Positions 28,212 through 37,640 of a stretch of DNA of 64,000 nt are shown here, in pieces. The translations under genes were made by a program, and so were the position numbers. Where the stretch lies: the NCBI GenBank assembly GCA_013387205.1, contig WARV01000010.1, positions 765 to 64,764 of the forward strand, given 5' to 3'. Under the pieces are notes generated by a model. That model saw only the letters and a list, made by a program, of their open reading frames with translations, was not told the origin of the DNA and searched no databases. Each line of letters opens with the position of its first letter. Positions within the stretch are counted from its first letter, which is position 1. Source of the stretch: Patescibacteria group bacterium. Its GTDB lineage: Bacteria; Patescibacteriota; Doudnabacteria; UBA920.

Positions 28212-29675
28212 TCACAAAAACATGCGGAACTCAACAGGCTGATTTTCATCTTTTTTGATGTTTTTTGCCGCAAAATGCAGGAGCGCATAAATGACGCCGA
28301 CCGCGCAGACCATCAGCCAAAACATCCATAAAGAAATATTTACATCGATGCTGCTAAAGCGCCAGGACGACAAAATAGCAACAGTTTTAATTATATAGAC
28401 AAGAAAAAAGTTGGCAGTATAGGCAAAACCTGGGCCGACAAAAGGCAGGACAGATAAAAAACCAAGGAGCATGGTCAAAGGCAAAAACGGCAAAATAAGG
28501 ACGTTGGCTAAAGGGGCGACCAAACTGATCCGGCCGAAAGTCAAAGCGATTAAAGGCAGCGTGGCAATGATGGCGGAAATGGTGGTAAAGAAATTATCCT
28601 TTAGCGAAAGCGGATTGATCCAGTCTTTTGTCAGCCTTGCAAACAAAGGATAAAAATAAACTATGCCCAAAGTTGCGGCAAAGGACAGCTGGAAGCCCAT
28701 GTCCCAAAATAAAATTTTGGGGTTTAGGATAAGCATAAAAAGGCCAGATAAAAACAGTGCCGGGACTACCGCATACTGCCTTCCAATCTGCAAAGACACT
28801 ATTAGCATAAAACCCATCAGCCCTGCTCTCAGCACTGATGCCGATGCCCCGGTTAAAACCACAAACCCGGCAATAACAGACAAGGTCAGCCAAAAACAAT
28901 TTTTCCTGCCGATATACTTGGCTAAAAAACTCAAGGCAGCAACGATTATGGTAATATTAAAACCGGATATGGCGATAATGTGCGTTGTCCCCGTTGCCTG
29001 GAAGTCATCAACCAAGTCCTGCGGCAAAGCTTTTTTCGCGCCAATGATTATGCCAAGCAGCAGGCTGCCTTGCGGCTCTTTGAACATTTTGCCGACCCTT
29101 TTGGTAAAAGCGTATTTTACGCGCAGCAAGCTTTCCTTAATAAAATTTTGCTGGTGATTTTTTAAAACCAATATTTTTGGATACCTCGATACGCCATAAA
29201 TATCGAACCTTTCCAAGTATTTTTGGTAATCAAAATCTTCAAAATTTTTCGGCTCGTCAATTTTTCCGTTAACCACTATCCAGTCGCCATAAAAATATTC
29301 CTGTGAGAGCGGCGCGGTTATCAGCAATCGTTGATTATAACCTTTGGGCAAAAATGTCAAAAGCTGCTTGTCTGTCCGGATATCTATATCTTCCACGATA
29401 TAACCTTCCAATTGATGTTTGCCGCCGAACATGCTTTTATATTCGTTTTCAATACTTGCCAAATTCAGCCTAAAAGCTCCCAAACACGCGCAAAATAAAA
29501 AAAGCGCCGCTAAAGTTAGCTTGTTTTTTTTGCTATAAAAGCTAATGCCGAAAAAGGCTATTAAAATTGCCCCGGCAACAAAAAGATGGAAATTTGGCAA
29601 AGAGAATTTGGATGCTGCCAAAATCCCCAAGGCAAAACTTATGGCGATAAATATAAAGACCTTGCTCTTGCTCAT
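28212..29675 (-). CDS. comEC: ComEC/Rec2 family competence protein
   Basis: DUF4131-like N-terminus plus a competence domain with HIIAISGFNITII. Confidence 0.75.
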   Translation of the reverse strand: MSKSKVFIFIAISFALGILAASKFSLPNFHLFVAGAILIAFFGISFYSKKNKLTLAALFLFCACLGAFRLNLASIENEYKSMFGGKHQLEGYIVEDIDIRTDKQLLTFLPKGYNQRLLITAPLSQEYFYGDWIVVNGKIDEPKNFEDFDYQKYLERFDIYGVSRYPKILVLKNHQQNFIKESLLRVKYAFTKRVGKMFKEPQGSLLLGIIIGAKKALPQDLVDDFQATGTTHIIAISGFNITIIVAALSFLAKYIGRKNCFWLTLSVIAGFVVLTGASASVLRAGLMGFMLIVSLQIGRQYAVVPALFLSGLFMLILNPKILFWDMGFQLSFAATLGIVYFYPLFARLTKDWINPLSLKDNFFTTISAIIATLPLIALTFGRISLVAPLANVLILPFLPLTMLLGFLSVLPFVGPGFAYTANFFLVYIIKTVAILSSWRFSSIDVNISLWMFWLMVCAVGVIYALLHFAAKNIKKDENQPVEFRMFL

Positions 29676-29692
29676 ATATAAACAAAAAAGCG

Positions 29693-29724
29693 TATCAAAA
29701 ATGAGCGGCCGCTCATTTTTGATA
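29693..29724. repeat. perfect 32 bp palindrome tatcaaaaatgagcggccgctcatttttgata (GCGGCCGC core), overlapping the stop of PaaX-like paralog 2
   Basis: Read directly. Confidence 0.8.
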
Positions 29725-30261
29725 CGGTAATTTAAACCTCTCTCTTAATTCCCTATCGTCATCCATCTGGTCCACTCTGATAATCCTGACAAAATCCATT
29801 AACCCTGTTTGTTTTAAATATTCTACTGCATGGCTATTTAAAGGATAGGGACTTATAAAAACACTTGCCTGCAATTTCACAAAATTGTTTTGCTTTAATA
29901 ACCTTCGAAATCTATTCCGTTCCCATTTAAAAGCTTCGGGAATATCAAACATTATCAATCTCCATTTATTATCCCAGGGTATAAAAGCGCGCAATTTTGC
30001 CATCAACATTAAATAATGAAGGTATCCATTCTTTGTTATTCTTAAAAACTTTTTATTGTTTTTCTCTACAACTTCTACATCATTACGTTTTTTTAACCTA
30101 GAGACTACCGTGCGATAATAATCCGGGTCGAAATTTTTAACTCTTCTGCTCCAGGCATATGGTGATTCAAAAGGAACAGGTAACATATGTGCCGCCTCCA
30201 CTAAAAACTGAAGGACACCATCCACTATCGATAAAGTTATGTTTTGAGTTTGTTTTGCCAT
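29713..30261 (-). CDS. winged-HTH + PaaX_C/Cas2-like domain protein (PaaX-like family), paralog 2
   Basis: WRLIMFDIPE...R.RFRRLL...NFVKLQASVFISPYP; paralog of 13127..13681. Confidence 0.5.
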   Translation of the reverse strand: MAKQTQNITLSIVDGVLQFLVEAAHMLPVPFESPYAWSRRVKNFDPDYYRTVVSRLKKRNDVEVVEKNNKKFLRITKNGYLHYLMLMAKLRAFIPWDNKWRLIMFDIPEAFKWERNRFRRLLKQNNFVKLQASVFISPYPLNSHAVEYLKQTGLMDFVRIIRVDQMDDDRELRERFKLPYQK

Positions 30262-30282
30262 ATGGTAATCTTCATTACTCTA

Positions 30283-30318
30283 TGTATCACTTTTGAGCGG
30301 CCGCTCAAAAGTGATACG
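30283..30318. promoter_or_regulatory. perfect 32 bp palindrome tatcacttttgagcggccgctcaaaagtgata, 22 bp upstream of the paralog-2 start (candidate operator)
   Basis: Same outer ends and core as 29693..29724; the inner arm has a compensatory aaaa/cttt change. Confidence 0.6.
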
Positions 30319-30332
30319 TTGTTATTTTAGTT

Positions 30333-30554
30333 TCAAATGATTATCCTAAAAACTTTCTGTTTGGATTTTTCGCCGCGCAAAAGGTTTACGCAGGATTTTG
30401 CCACTTTAAAATGTTCGGCCAGCGCTTCAATTACGGCCTTGTTGGCCTTGCCCTCAAGCGGCGGCTGACTGACGTAAACATGCATGGTGCCAAGCAGGTC
30501 TTTATCAATCCGGGGTTTTTTGGAATTAGGATGGACGATTACTGTAATATCCAT
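30333..30554 (-). CDS. DUF167 (YggU) family protein
   Basis: 73 aa; PNSKKPRI...G...V..PP..GKANKA..E.LA motif. Confidence 0.65.
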   Translation of the reverse strand: MDITVIVHPNSKKPRIDKDLLGTMHVYVSQPPLEGKANKAVIEALAEHFKVAKSCVNLLRGEKSKQKVFRIII

Positions 30555-30563
30555 ATCTGGTGT

Positions 30564-30995
30564 TTAGATAAGTTTATTCTTATAATTTGTTATAAACACT
30601 GGCCACTGGGAATGCATTTCCCTAGGGCAGTTATCCAACGTAAACCACGATATTTCGTCAAACTTATGAGGCTCACCGTTTCTCACTTTTTCCGGGTTGA
30701 CCAATACTTTAAAATCTAAAGCGATCCAATGGGTGGGTTGTCCATTATGCTGGCGGTGCACATCGCGGTATCCCAAAAACTCAAAATCCAAAACATCCGC
30801 GCAAAACTCTTCCATAATCTCTTTTCTTAATGTTTGCTCGACAGTATCATGAAGCTCCAGACCGCCGCCGCCAATATCCCATTTCCCTGACTCATCCCGC
30901 GCGCCCTTGCCGCGCTTGTGCATGACAAATCTTCCTTTGCCGTCATGGCAAAAGTAAACCACTGTCACGCCGGTAAAATCTATGCCTTTTTGCAT
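30564..30995 (-). CDS. NUDIX hydrolase
   Basis: Nudix box GGGLELHDTVEQTLRKEIMEE. Confidence 0.8.
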   Translation of the reverse strand: MQKGIDFTGVTVVYFCHDGKGRFVMHKRGKGARDESGKWDIGGGGLELHDTVEQTLRKEIMEEFCADVLDFEFLGYRDVHRQHNGQPTHWIALDFKVLVNPEKVRNGEPHKFDEISWFTLDNCPREMHSQWPVFITNYKNKLI

Positions 30996-31007
30996 AAGCC
31001 AAAAAAA

Positions 31008-31604
31008 TTATTTCATTTTTTTAAATTCCCAAAAACCCGCAGATTTATCATCGCCATGAAATCCCATGGCGCTTACCAAGGCCTTTATTTTTACCACCCT
31101 CCATTTCGGCTGATTTTGCTGAGGATCAATTAACCTAATTAAACCTTTTGAAGGATAAATGCGGTCGATTACGCAAACATGCCCGCCCTGGATATCATCA
31201 CCTTTCAATTTTCCATGGTCAAAACAGACCAGTATATCTTTATCTTTTTTTACTGCGTCCACGACAAATTTAACAATATCAGCTTCCGAGCAAAATTGGC
31301 TGATTGGGTGATATTGCATCCTTAATGGAATTTTAAGTTTTGGAAATACTATATTGGGGTGAAATTTTTTTAAATAAATTTGGGTGCCATAACCAGAAGG
31401 TGGTCTCTTGCCTAACCGTGGACGCCAATAAAGATTTTTGTTTTCTTTAGATACGACCAAACCTAAATGATATCCTAATAATTCTTGTGGAATCAAAGGC
31501 AGGCCGTGCCTATACATCACCATTGATATACAAGTCGGCACGCAACATGATTTTTGCTGAACCAACGGGATATATCTGCTATCTTTCGGAGTAATTTCTT
31601 TCAT
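31008..31604 (-). CDS. papain-like cysteine peptidase-fold protein (C39-like), tentative
   Basis: Candidate catalytic Cys (SCCVPTCIS) and His (GGHVCVIDRI) in the correct order; weak call. Confidence 0.3.
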   Translation of the reverse strand: MKEITPKDSRYIPLVQQKSCCVPTCISMVMYRHGLPLIPQELLGYHLGLVVSKENKNLYWRPRLGKRPPSGYGTQIYLKKFHPNIVFPKLKIPLRMQYHPISQFCSEADIVKFVVDAVKKDKDILVCFDHGKLKGDDIQGGHVCVIDRIYPSKGLIRLIDPQQNQPKWRVVKIKALVSAMGFHGDDKSAGFWEFKKMK

Positions 31605-31621
31605 AAATATATTATACCACT

Positions 31622-31650
31622 AAAAAACCCCGCTTAAGCGGGGTTTTGGG
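31622..31650. terminator. bidirectional terminator aaaaaccccgc-ttaa-gcggggtttt
   Basis: Read directly. Confidence 0.6.
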
Positions 31651-32164
31651 AAGTTTGGAGTTTTCTCTTTCCGGCTAAGTATCTGACCAGCTGCAAGCTG
31701 CCGAATAAAACAGCTGTGTAAGTTACATCGCCAAGCAAAGTTCCCCTAAAAAACGGCAGGCCGTTTACATAAGACTGGATTATGCCGGCAAAGTTATGGG
31801 GGTAGTAAGAATAAAAGAAAGCGAAGTTGGTTACCAAAAAGAAAATTACTGCCGTGGCAACAGATGAGCCAATAATTTTTACCCAGCGGTTGTCTGGAGT
31901 TTTTTTAATCCAAAGCCCGAACAAAACTCCCAGCAAATGGCAGGCATAAACCGCAACCATCAAAGGCCACTGGAAAAATCCCAAGAAAATATCGGAGATA
32001 AACCTGGCAGCCAAAGGAATTGCGATAGCCTGTTTTTTTGGCAAGTAAGCCGCACCAAAAATTGCCAATGCGGTAATGGGCGCGAAATTGGCCATATCAA
32101 TTGCAAAAAAATGAGTGACAAAACGGGAAATTATTGCGAGGATGATAATTAAATAAATAGCCAT
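31634..32164 (-). CDS. multi-pass membrane protein (possible ECF-transporter S-component-like)
   Basis: 176 aa with 5-6 predicted TM helices; next to a DUF4430 lipoprotein and cobO. Confidence 0.35.
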   Translation of the reverse strand: MAIYLIIILAIISRFVTHFFAIDMANFAPITALAIFGAAYLPKKQAIAIPLAARFISDIFLGFFQWPLMVAVYACHLLGVLFGLWIKKTPDNRWVKIIGSSVATAVIFFLVTNFAFFYSYYPHNFAGIIQSYVNGLPFFRGTLLGDVTYTAVLFGSLQLVRYLAGKRKLQTSQNPA

Positions 32165-32182
32165 GATAGTTCTTACATTCTC

Positions 32183-32294
32183 TACTAAATACTAATATAT
32201 ACGAAAGATACTAAAGCTTTATACTAATAGTGATATTAATTAAGTATACTTAGATGATATTTTAGTATATTTAGTACTAATTAGTATTTAGTAG
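32183..32294. repeat. family A palindromic element
   Basis: Termini ctactaaatactaa / ttagtatttagtag. Confidence 0.7.
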
Positions 32295-32299
32295 AAGTA

Positions 32300-32701
32300 T
32301 TAAAGGTTAGTGTTAATTTTTTCCAACTTCCATTCAATCTTGTCGCTGTTCTTTAACTGGTATTGTCCGGCTCCGACCGGCGCCAGCTGGCTGTTTATAT
32401 AAAAGGCCCAAAAGTTTTTGCCGTTTTCCGACATATTACCGTCAATGCCTATTACCATCTCCCCCAGGCCCTGATACGTCTTAGTCTGCACTTGGTGGGT
32501 ACTCTTTAACAAATCCAACGCAGTCGTTCCTTGTTTTACTGCATAATCAGGCTGGTTTAAATTTGAAGCCTGGACAGTCTGGTAAACCTTAATATCCTGG
32601 CTTTGCTGGCTGGTTTGGTTGCCGGGCTGCTTACTGCATCCAGCCGCTGCCAAAAAAATCAGTGATGATAATAAAAAAACCTTAAAGAAAGTTTTTCGCA
32701 T
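32300..32701 (-). CDS. DUF4430-domain lipoprotein (transcobalamin-like fold), tentative
   Basis: Signal peptide plus lipobox LAAAGC; C-terminal GKNFWAFYINSQLAPVGAGQYQLKNSDKIEWKL is typical of DUF4430. Confidence 0.5.
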   Translation of the reverse strand: MRKTFFKVFLLSSLIFLAAAGCSKQPGNQTSQQSQDIKVYQTVQASNLNQPDYAVKQGTTALDLLKSTHQVQTKTYQGLGEMVIGIDGNMSENGKNFWAFYINSQLAPVGAGQYQLKNSDKIEWKLEKINTNL

Positions 32702-32716
32702 AAAAATTGGTTATAT

Positions 32717-32850
32717 TACAACCAATCTACGAATCCATACTAATAATAACTAATGGCAACTAATCCTTACTAAGATAATATTAGCTGTCATTGGCAATAT
32801 TCGTTACATTAGTTGATTGGTTAATCTAATTGGCTATCTTATATTTTATA
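32717..32850. repeat. family F repeat (acgaatccatactaataataactaatg...)
   Basis: About 45 bp nearly identical to 47130..47250, then a divergent palindromic tail. Confidence 0.5.
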
Positions 32851-32860
32851 TTCCCCGTCC

Positions 32861-33487
32861 CTAATAGTCAATGCCTTTTTGCGCCAAAATCCCCTCGTAA
32901 TACGGATGTTTGACCATTTTCATTTCCGTGACTAAATCGCAAGCCTTGATAATTTTAGGATACTTGTTATGCCCGGTTATTACCAAATGCAGCATCTCGG
33001 GCTTTATTGCAATAAGGTCCAAAATATCCCTTTCTTCAATAAGGCCGACTTCCAAAGCCGAAATCAATTCATCTAAAATTAAAACCTGATACTGGCCGGA
33101 TAACATAATCTCACGAGCGCGATTAAGGCCGCTCAAAGCTTCTTTGATATGGACTTCTTTTTCTTTTTTATCACCTAAAATTCCGACAAAGCCTGCACCG
33201 CTCTGTTCGTTGTCAATTTTTCCCAAACTGCCTCGCATGGACACTTGGTTGAAGAAATTAATCTCATTGGATATTGGCCACTCCCCGCTTTGGCGCTTTT
33301 CTCCGGCTTCCAGCTCCTTGGCTTTGACGAACTGAAGGATAAAAACATTCATTCCTGCCCCGCTGGCCCTAACTGCCACCCCCATCGCCGCACTAGTTTT
33401 TCCCTTGCCGTCACCAATATAACAAATGACCAAACCTTTTTTGGCTACCACCGGCTTGTCTTTTTTCGGTTTTTTATATTTGGGCAT
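32861..33487 (-). CDS. cobO: cob(I)yrinic acid a,c-diamide adenosyltransferase (CobA/CobO/BtuR family)
   Basis: P-loop-like GDGKGKTSAAMG; family-typical length with an insert. Confidence 0.75.
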   Translation of the reverse strand: MPKYKKPKKDKPVVAKKGLVICYIGDGKGKTSAAMGVAVRASGAGMNVFILQFVKAKELEAGEKRQSGEWPISNEINFFNQVSMRGSLGKIDNEQSGAGFVGILGDKKEKEVHIKEALSGLNRAREIMLSGQYQVLILDELISALEVGLIEERDILDLIAIKPEMLHLVITGHNKYPKIIKACDLVTEMKMVKHPYYEGILAQKGIDY

Positions 33488-33489
33488 AA

Positions 33490-33887
33490 TTGTGTCATCC
33501 CGACCGAAGCGGAGGGATCCCTTGTCTTACATTTTTATATGATATTCCAACTTAGGCTCAAGTCTGCCCATTTAGGATTTAATTTTTTTATTAAAAATTC
33601 TTTCTTTTTTCTATTCCATCTTTTCAACTGCCTTTCCCTTGCAATAGCTGAATTTACATCTGATGTTTGTTCAAAATAAACTAACTAATGGCAACAATAT
33701 TTTTTTGTAAAACCATCAGCCACGTTATTTTTATGTTGCCATACCCGATTTGCCAAATCATTAGTAACTCCTGTATACAAAGTACCGCTTTCACTGGCTA
33801 AAATATAAATATAATATTGGTAATCTTTCATAGTTACTCATTATTTTATACATTAAGGGATCCCTCCGCTTCGGTCGGGATGACACA
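33490..33887. mobile_element. 398 bp element: perfect 33 bp terminal inverted repeats flanking a GIY-YIG nuclease pseudogene
   Basis: Left TIR tgtgtcatcccgaccgaagcggagggatccctt (33490..33522) is the exact reverse complement of 33855..33887. The element abuts the cobO ATG and the upstream gene's terminator. Confidence 0.55.
33578..33829 (-). pseudogene. GIY-YIG nuclease family (UPF0213-like) gene with one in-frame TAG
   Basis: Hand translation gives MKDYQYYIYILASESGTLYTGVTNDLANRVWQHKNNVADGFTKKYCCH*LVYFEQTSDVNSAIARERQLKRWNRKKKEFLIKN. The GIY...YTG and R-x3-QHK motifs are intact. TAG is a genuine stop here, since groEL ends with TAG. Confidence 0.6.
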
Positions 33888-33949
33888 TAGGGCGGCAGCT
33901 GTTTTGCCTGCCGCCCATACATAATACACTATACGTTATTAAAAAAGAC

Positions 33950-34216
33950 CTACCGCTCTTGCATGGCAATCTCCGCTACCAATTTTTCTAAATCGGTATC
34001 GCGTCCTACAAACATCCATTGACCGCTCTCTTTCTTTAGCGCTATTTGCATATTGGGCATATTGGTAAACGGCACTTCTACCTGCTGTCCATAAATCTCT
34101 ACGAATGTTGATTTACCATCTTTATGGCCATCCTGCACGATAAACCGGTATCCCTTGGCTTCCAATTGCCTGCGTATTTCATTGGTTGAAATTTTTCTTT
34201 CGATTGAATTTTCCAT
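33950..34216 (-). CDS. hypothetical protein
   Basis: 88 aa ORF downstream of nrdJ; terminator hairpin gggcggcag-N9-ctgccgccc at 33891..33917. Confidence 0.35.
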   Translation of the reverse strand: MENSIERKISTNEIRRQLEAKGYRFIVQDGHKDGKSTFVEIYGQQVEVPFTNMPNMQIALKKESGQWMFVGRDTDLEKLVAEIAMQER

Positions 34217-34346
34217 ACATTATTACTTTCAACTTTACAACTTCTCAGTCGCAAATGCGATTTAGCCTCTCTCGCCCTTCGGGCACTCTCTCCATAAACT
34301 GGAGAGAGAAATAATATTGTTCCGCCACACCAGGCGTGGATCCGCG

Positions 34347-37010
34347 CTATCCGCATTTGCTATATCCGCACATATCGCACTTCATGCAGCCTTCGGCCAA
34401 GACCATCATGCTGGCGCACGAAGGGCAAACCGGGGCATTGCCCAAATTGGCAATGGAAATCTTTTGGGTCTTTCTGTATGTCATGTGCCCATTGGTCTTT
34501 ATCTTATCTTCGCTTAAAGTTTCAACAACTTTTTCTTCCACTAAAACTTTAGTTTCCGATTTCACTCCAACTGCATTTTCCGCTTTTGTCGGGGTCGGCA
34601 CAGCAGGAAGGTTCAGACTCAGCTGCTTATCATGCCTCTTAATGTGCCTTTCTAAAACTTTGGCAATAGCGTCTGGTAGAGAAAAGACAATTTCGCCGCC
34701 AGAGAAAGAAACTTCCGGTCCGCGAATGCCTTTAAGCTGCTCGATAATTTCTTCAATGGCAATATTGGAACGAAGCGACAAGCTAATCAGCCTGGTGATA
34801 GCTTCGGTCTGGGCGCTAAAGAAACCGCCGGCTTTGCCCATTTGGGCGAACACTTCAAACGGACCTTGCGCGTCTTCGTTGATAGTCACGTACAAATTAC
34901 CGTAAGCCGTGGCGACTTTGTAGGTAATGCCCTGCATCTGGTCAGGCCTGGTACGCGGAGCGATTTTAATCTGGATATTATCTCCGGAAACAGACATGAC
35001 TTCTTGCGGCTTGCTCGTTTCGGCATTGCCCAGTTTCGATTCCACCTGCTGCGCCGCGTCCTTGCCGAGTTTTTTATGATCAGTTGCCAAAACCTGTTCA
35101 TCGCGGGATCCGTCGCGATAAATCGTCCCGCCCTTGCAACCCAAGTCATAAAGCAATTCATAAAGCTGCTTGGTCTGGTCAACGGTGTAATCGGAAGGAG
35201 CATTCACGGTTTTGGAAATGGCGCTATCTGTCCAGCGCTGGACCGCTGCCTGCATGCGCACGTGGTCTTCCGGTGCCAGTTCCATTGCAGTGACAAAATA
35301 TTCCGGCAACTCTTGCCCCGGATTATTATCTAGCCAGTCCTGGGCGATTTTTATTTTTTCCTGATGCACGCCAATGCGGCTCTTTCTGAAATATGTCCAG
35401 GAGAAGAACGGTTCAATACCGGTGGATGTGCCGACCATGGTGCCAACGCTGCCTGTCGGAGCCTGCGTCAAAATAGTCACGTTCCTAATCCCGTATTTAG
35501 CAACCAAGTCGCGGATATACTCGGGCATGTTTTTCATGTACCCGCTTTGCAAATATTTTTCCGCGTTGAATTCCTTAAATGGCCCCTTTTCCCGGGCAAG
35601 CTCTACCGATGTTTCGTAAGCGGTAACGGCAATAAACTGGTACAGCTTGTCCGTAAATTCCACGGCCTTGGGGCTGCCGTAGCGCAATTCTAAGTTGATT
35701 AACATTTCGGCAAGACCAATGGTCCCGAGGCCAATACGCCTCTCGGACAGCTGCTGCTTTTTATTCTCTTCAAAAAAGTAAGGAGTGGCATCTACCACGT
35801 TGTCCTGGAAGCGCACAGCGTATTGCACCGCAGCCTTAAGGCCGTTCCAATTCACGTCTTTCTTTTCCTTGTCCACGAACTTGGACAAGTTAACATGGCC
35901 CAAATTGCACACGCCCCAGGCCGGAAGCGGCTGCTCGCCGCAAGGGTTAGTGCAAGGCAATGCGGAATAATACCAGGAGTTGGAATAATGTTCGGCGCGG
36001 TCTATAAAGTACACGCCCGGCTCAGCGCTGGACCAGGCCGATGAGATTATGGTATCCCAAATATCAGCCGCCCTGACGGTTTTATACTTGTTAACCTTGC
36101 CGCCCATCTCTTTCCATTTGCGGATATTGCCGTCCCAATGCTTTTCGTACAAAGGATCCGTGGAATCCGGAAAAACCAAATCCCAGGACAAATCCTGCTT
36201 GACTGCCTGCATGAAATCGTCGGTAATGCCTACGGAAATGTTGGCATTGGTAATTTTACCCGCTTCTTTTTTGGCATTTATAAAATCCAATACGTCCGGG
36301 TGCCAAACGTTTAAGATAAGCATTAAAGCGCCGCGCCTGCTGCCGCCCTGTTCAATCAATCCCGTGACAAAACTATATAGAGAAGCCCAGGAGACAGAAC
36401 CGCTAGACCTGCCGTTGACGCCTTTGACATAAGAATACCTGGGGCGCAAAGAGGAAACGTTAATCCCTACTCCCCCGCCTCTGGACATTATTTCCGCCAT
36501 ATGGCGCAAGGTTTCAAAAATTCCGCCGCGGCTGTCATGCGGAGAAGGAATCACGAAACAATTATAAAAAGACAAGTTTTTTGTGCCGGCTCCGGCGTAA
36601 ATCCTTCCGCCCGGAGTATACTTCCAGTCATCCATTAGGCTCTTGAATTTATCTTCCCATTCTTTTTGTTTCTCCAAAGTCGGTTCTGCGCTGGAGATAT
36701 GTTTGGCCACGCGCTCAAACATCTGCTCCGGCATAATCTCCAGAGGCTTGTCGACATGTTCAAAAGCCCGCTGCTCCACTTGCCCGTCGCGCAAGCGGAC
36801 CATGACTGTGCGGCTCGGGGCATCTACAGATTCCACCGTGCCTATTTCCCTCTGCCCGGTTTTTGGATTAACCATAACCACAACTCTGTCACCGACTTCA
36901 ATGGTTTCCCTTTTGATGTCTTTGACAGCATATCTGTCTAAAAATATTTTTTCACCAAGCTCGGAGAGCCCGTTAACCTTTCTTTCTTGCAAGTTTTCCT
37001 TGGATTGCAT
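34347..37010 (-). CDS. nrdJ: adenosylcobalamin-dependent ribonucleotide reductase (class II)
   Basis: Active-site CTNPCGEQ...CNLG motif; C-terminal zinc ribbon CPSCASMMVLAEGCMKCDMCGYSKCG; GC above local background. Confidence 0.9.
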   Translation of the reverse strand: MQSKENLQERKVNGLSELGEKIFLDRYAVKDIKRETIEVGDRVVVMVNPKTGQREIGTVESVDAPSRTVMVRLRDGQVEQRAFEHVDKPLEIMPEQMFERVAKHISSAEPTLEKQKEWEDKFKSLMDDWKYTPGGRIYAGAGTKNLSFYNCFVIPSPHDSRGGIFETLRHMAEIMSRGGGVGINVSSLRPRYSYVKGVNGRSSGSVSWASLYSFVTGLIEQGGSRRGALMLILNVWHPDVLDFINAKKEAGKITNANISVGITDDFMQAVKQDLSWDLVFPDSTDPLYEKHWDGNIRKWKEMGGKVNKYKTVRAADIWDTIISSAWSSAEPGVYFIDRAEHYSNSWYYSALPCTNPCGEQPLPAWGVCNLGHVNLSKFVDKEKKDVNWNGLKAAVQYAVRFQDNVVDATPYFFEENKKQQLSERRIGLGTIGLAEMLINLELRYGSPKAVEFTDKLYQFIAVTAYETSVELAREKGPFKEFNAEKYLQSGYMKNMPEYIRDLVAKYGIRNVTILTQAPTGSVGTMVGTSTGIEPFFSWTYFRKSRIGVHQEKIKIAQDWLDNNPGQELPEYFVTAMELAPEDHVRMQAAVQRWTDSAISKTVNAPSDYTVDQTKQLYELLYDLGCKGGTIYRDGSRDEQVLATDHKKLGKDAAQQVESKLGNAETSKPQEVMSVSGDNIQIKIAPRTRPDQMQGITYKVATAYGNLYVTINEDAQGPFEVFAQMGKAGGFFSAQTEAITRLISLSLRSNIAIEEIIEQLKGIRGPEVSFSGGEIVFSLPDAIAKVLERHIKRHDKQLSLNLPAVPTPTKAENAVGVKSETKVLVEEKVVETLSEDKIKTNGHMTYRKTQKISIANLGNAPVCPSCASMMVLAEGCMKCDMCGYSKCG

Positions 37011-37193
37011 ATGTTTTCTTTTCTCTTCGTCCTTTTTTGCTCCCTTATTGGGAACGCGCGGCGGACAAATTAATTTTTAGATAGTATCATGCAGCAAGCA
37101 GTATGTATCAAGATTGATTTAAAACTTGCCACTTTTCAGGTGAACTTACATGCACCTGTTTGACGATAAATAACAAATCTTCTTATTGCTGTT

Positions 37194-37640
37194 TTACAGC
37201 TTACTTAACTCTTCCTTAAACTCATCTACATCTTCAAATTTTCGATAGACCGAAGCAAACCGAATATAGGCGACTTTGTCAATTTTTTTAATTTTCTTAC
37301 TGACTATTTCCCCTATTTCCAGGCTTTTTATTTCTCCGTCCTTGCTCTTCTTTTGGATTTCCTGCTCAATGCCTGAGATGAGCTTGCGCAGGGTGTCGTC
37401 TGTATGTTCCCGTTTTTCAAAGGCCCGCTTTATGCCCCGCTCCAGCTTTTCCCGGCTGTAAAGCTGCCTGGCCCCGTCTTTTTTTACGACCGTCAGGTCC
37501 AATATTTCAATGACTTCGTAAGTACTAAACCTAAAATCGCACTTTTCACATTCTCTCCTGCGCCTGATGGCATCTCCGTCGTCCACCGGACGGCTGTCTA
37601 ACACCTTGGTGTCAGCGTTCTGGCAATTGGGGCAACGCAT
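37194..37640 (-). CDS. nrdR: transcriptional repressor NrdR
   Basis: N-terminal zinc ribbon MRCPNCQ...CEKCDFRF plus an ATP-cone; directly upstream of nrdJ. Confidence 0.9.
   Translation of the reverse strand: MRCPNCQNADTKVLDSRPVDDGDAIRRRRECEKCDFRFSTYEVIEILDLTVVKKDGARQLYSREKLERGIKRAFEKREHTDDTLRKLISGIEQEIQKKSKDGEIKSLEIGEIVSKKIKKIDKVAYIRFASVYRKFEDVDEFKEELSKL

Noticed and set aside
32702-32860. Cobalamin riboswitch upstream of the DUF4430/cobO genes
   Set aside because: No B12 box or conserved core was seen. The sequence is a family F word repeat.
33690-33692. Stop-codon recoding (TAG as sense) to rescue the GIY-YIG ORF
   Set aside because: groEL and other genes in the window terminate with TAG, so TAG is a genuine stop here. 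A pseudogene is more parsimonious.
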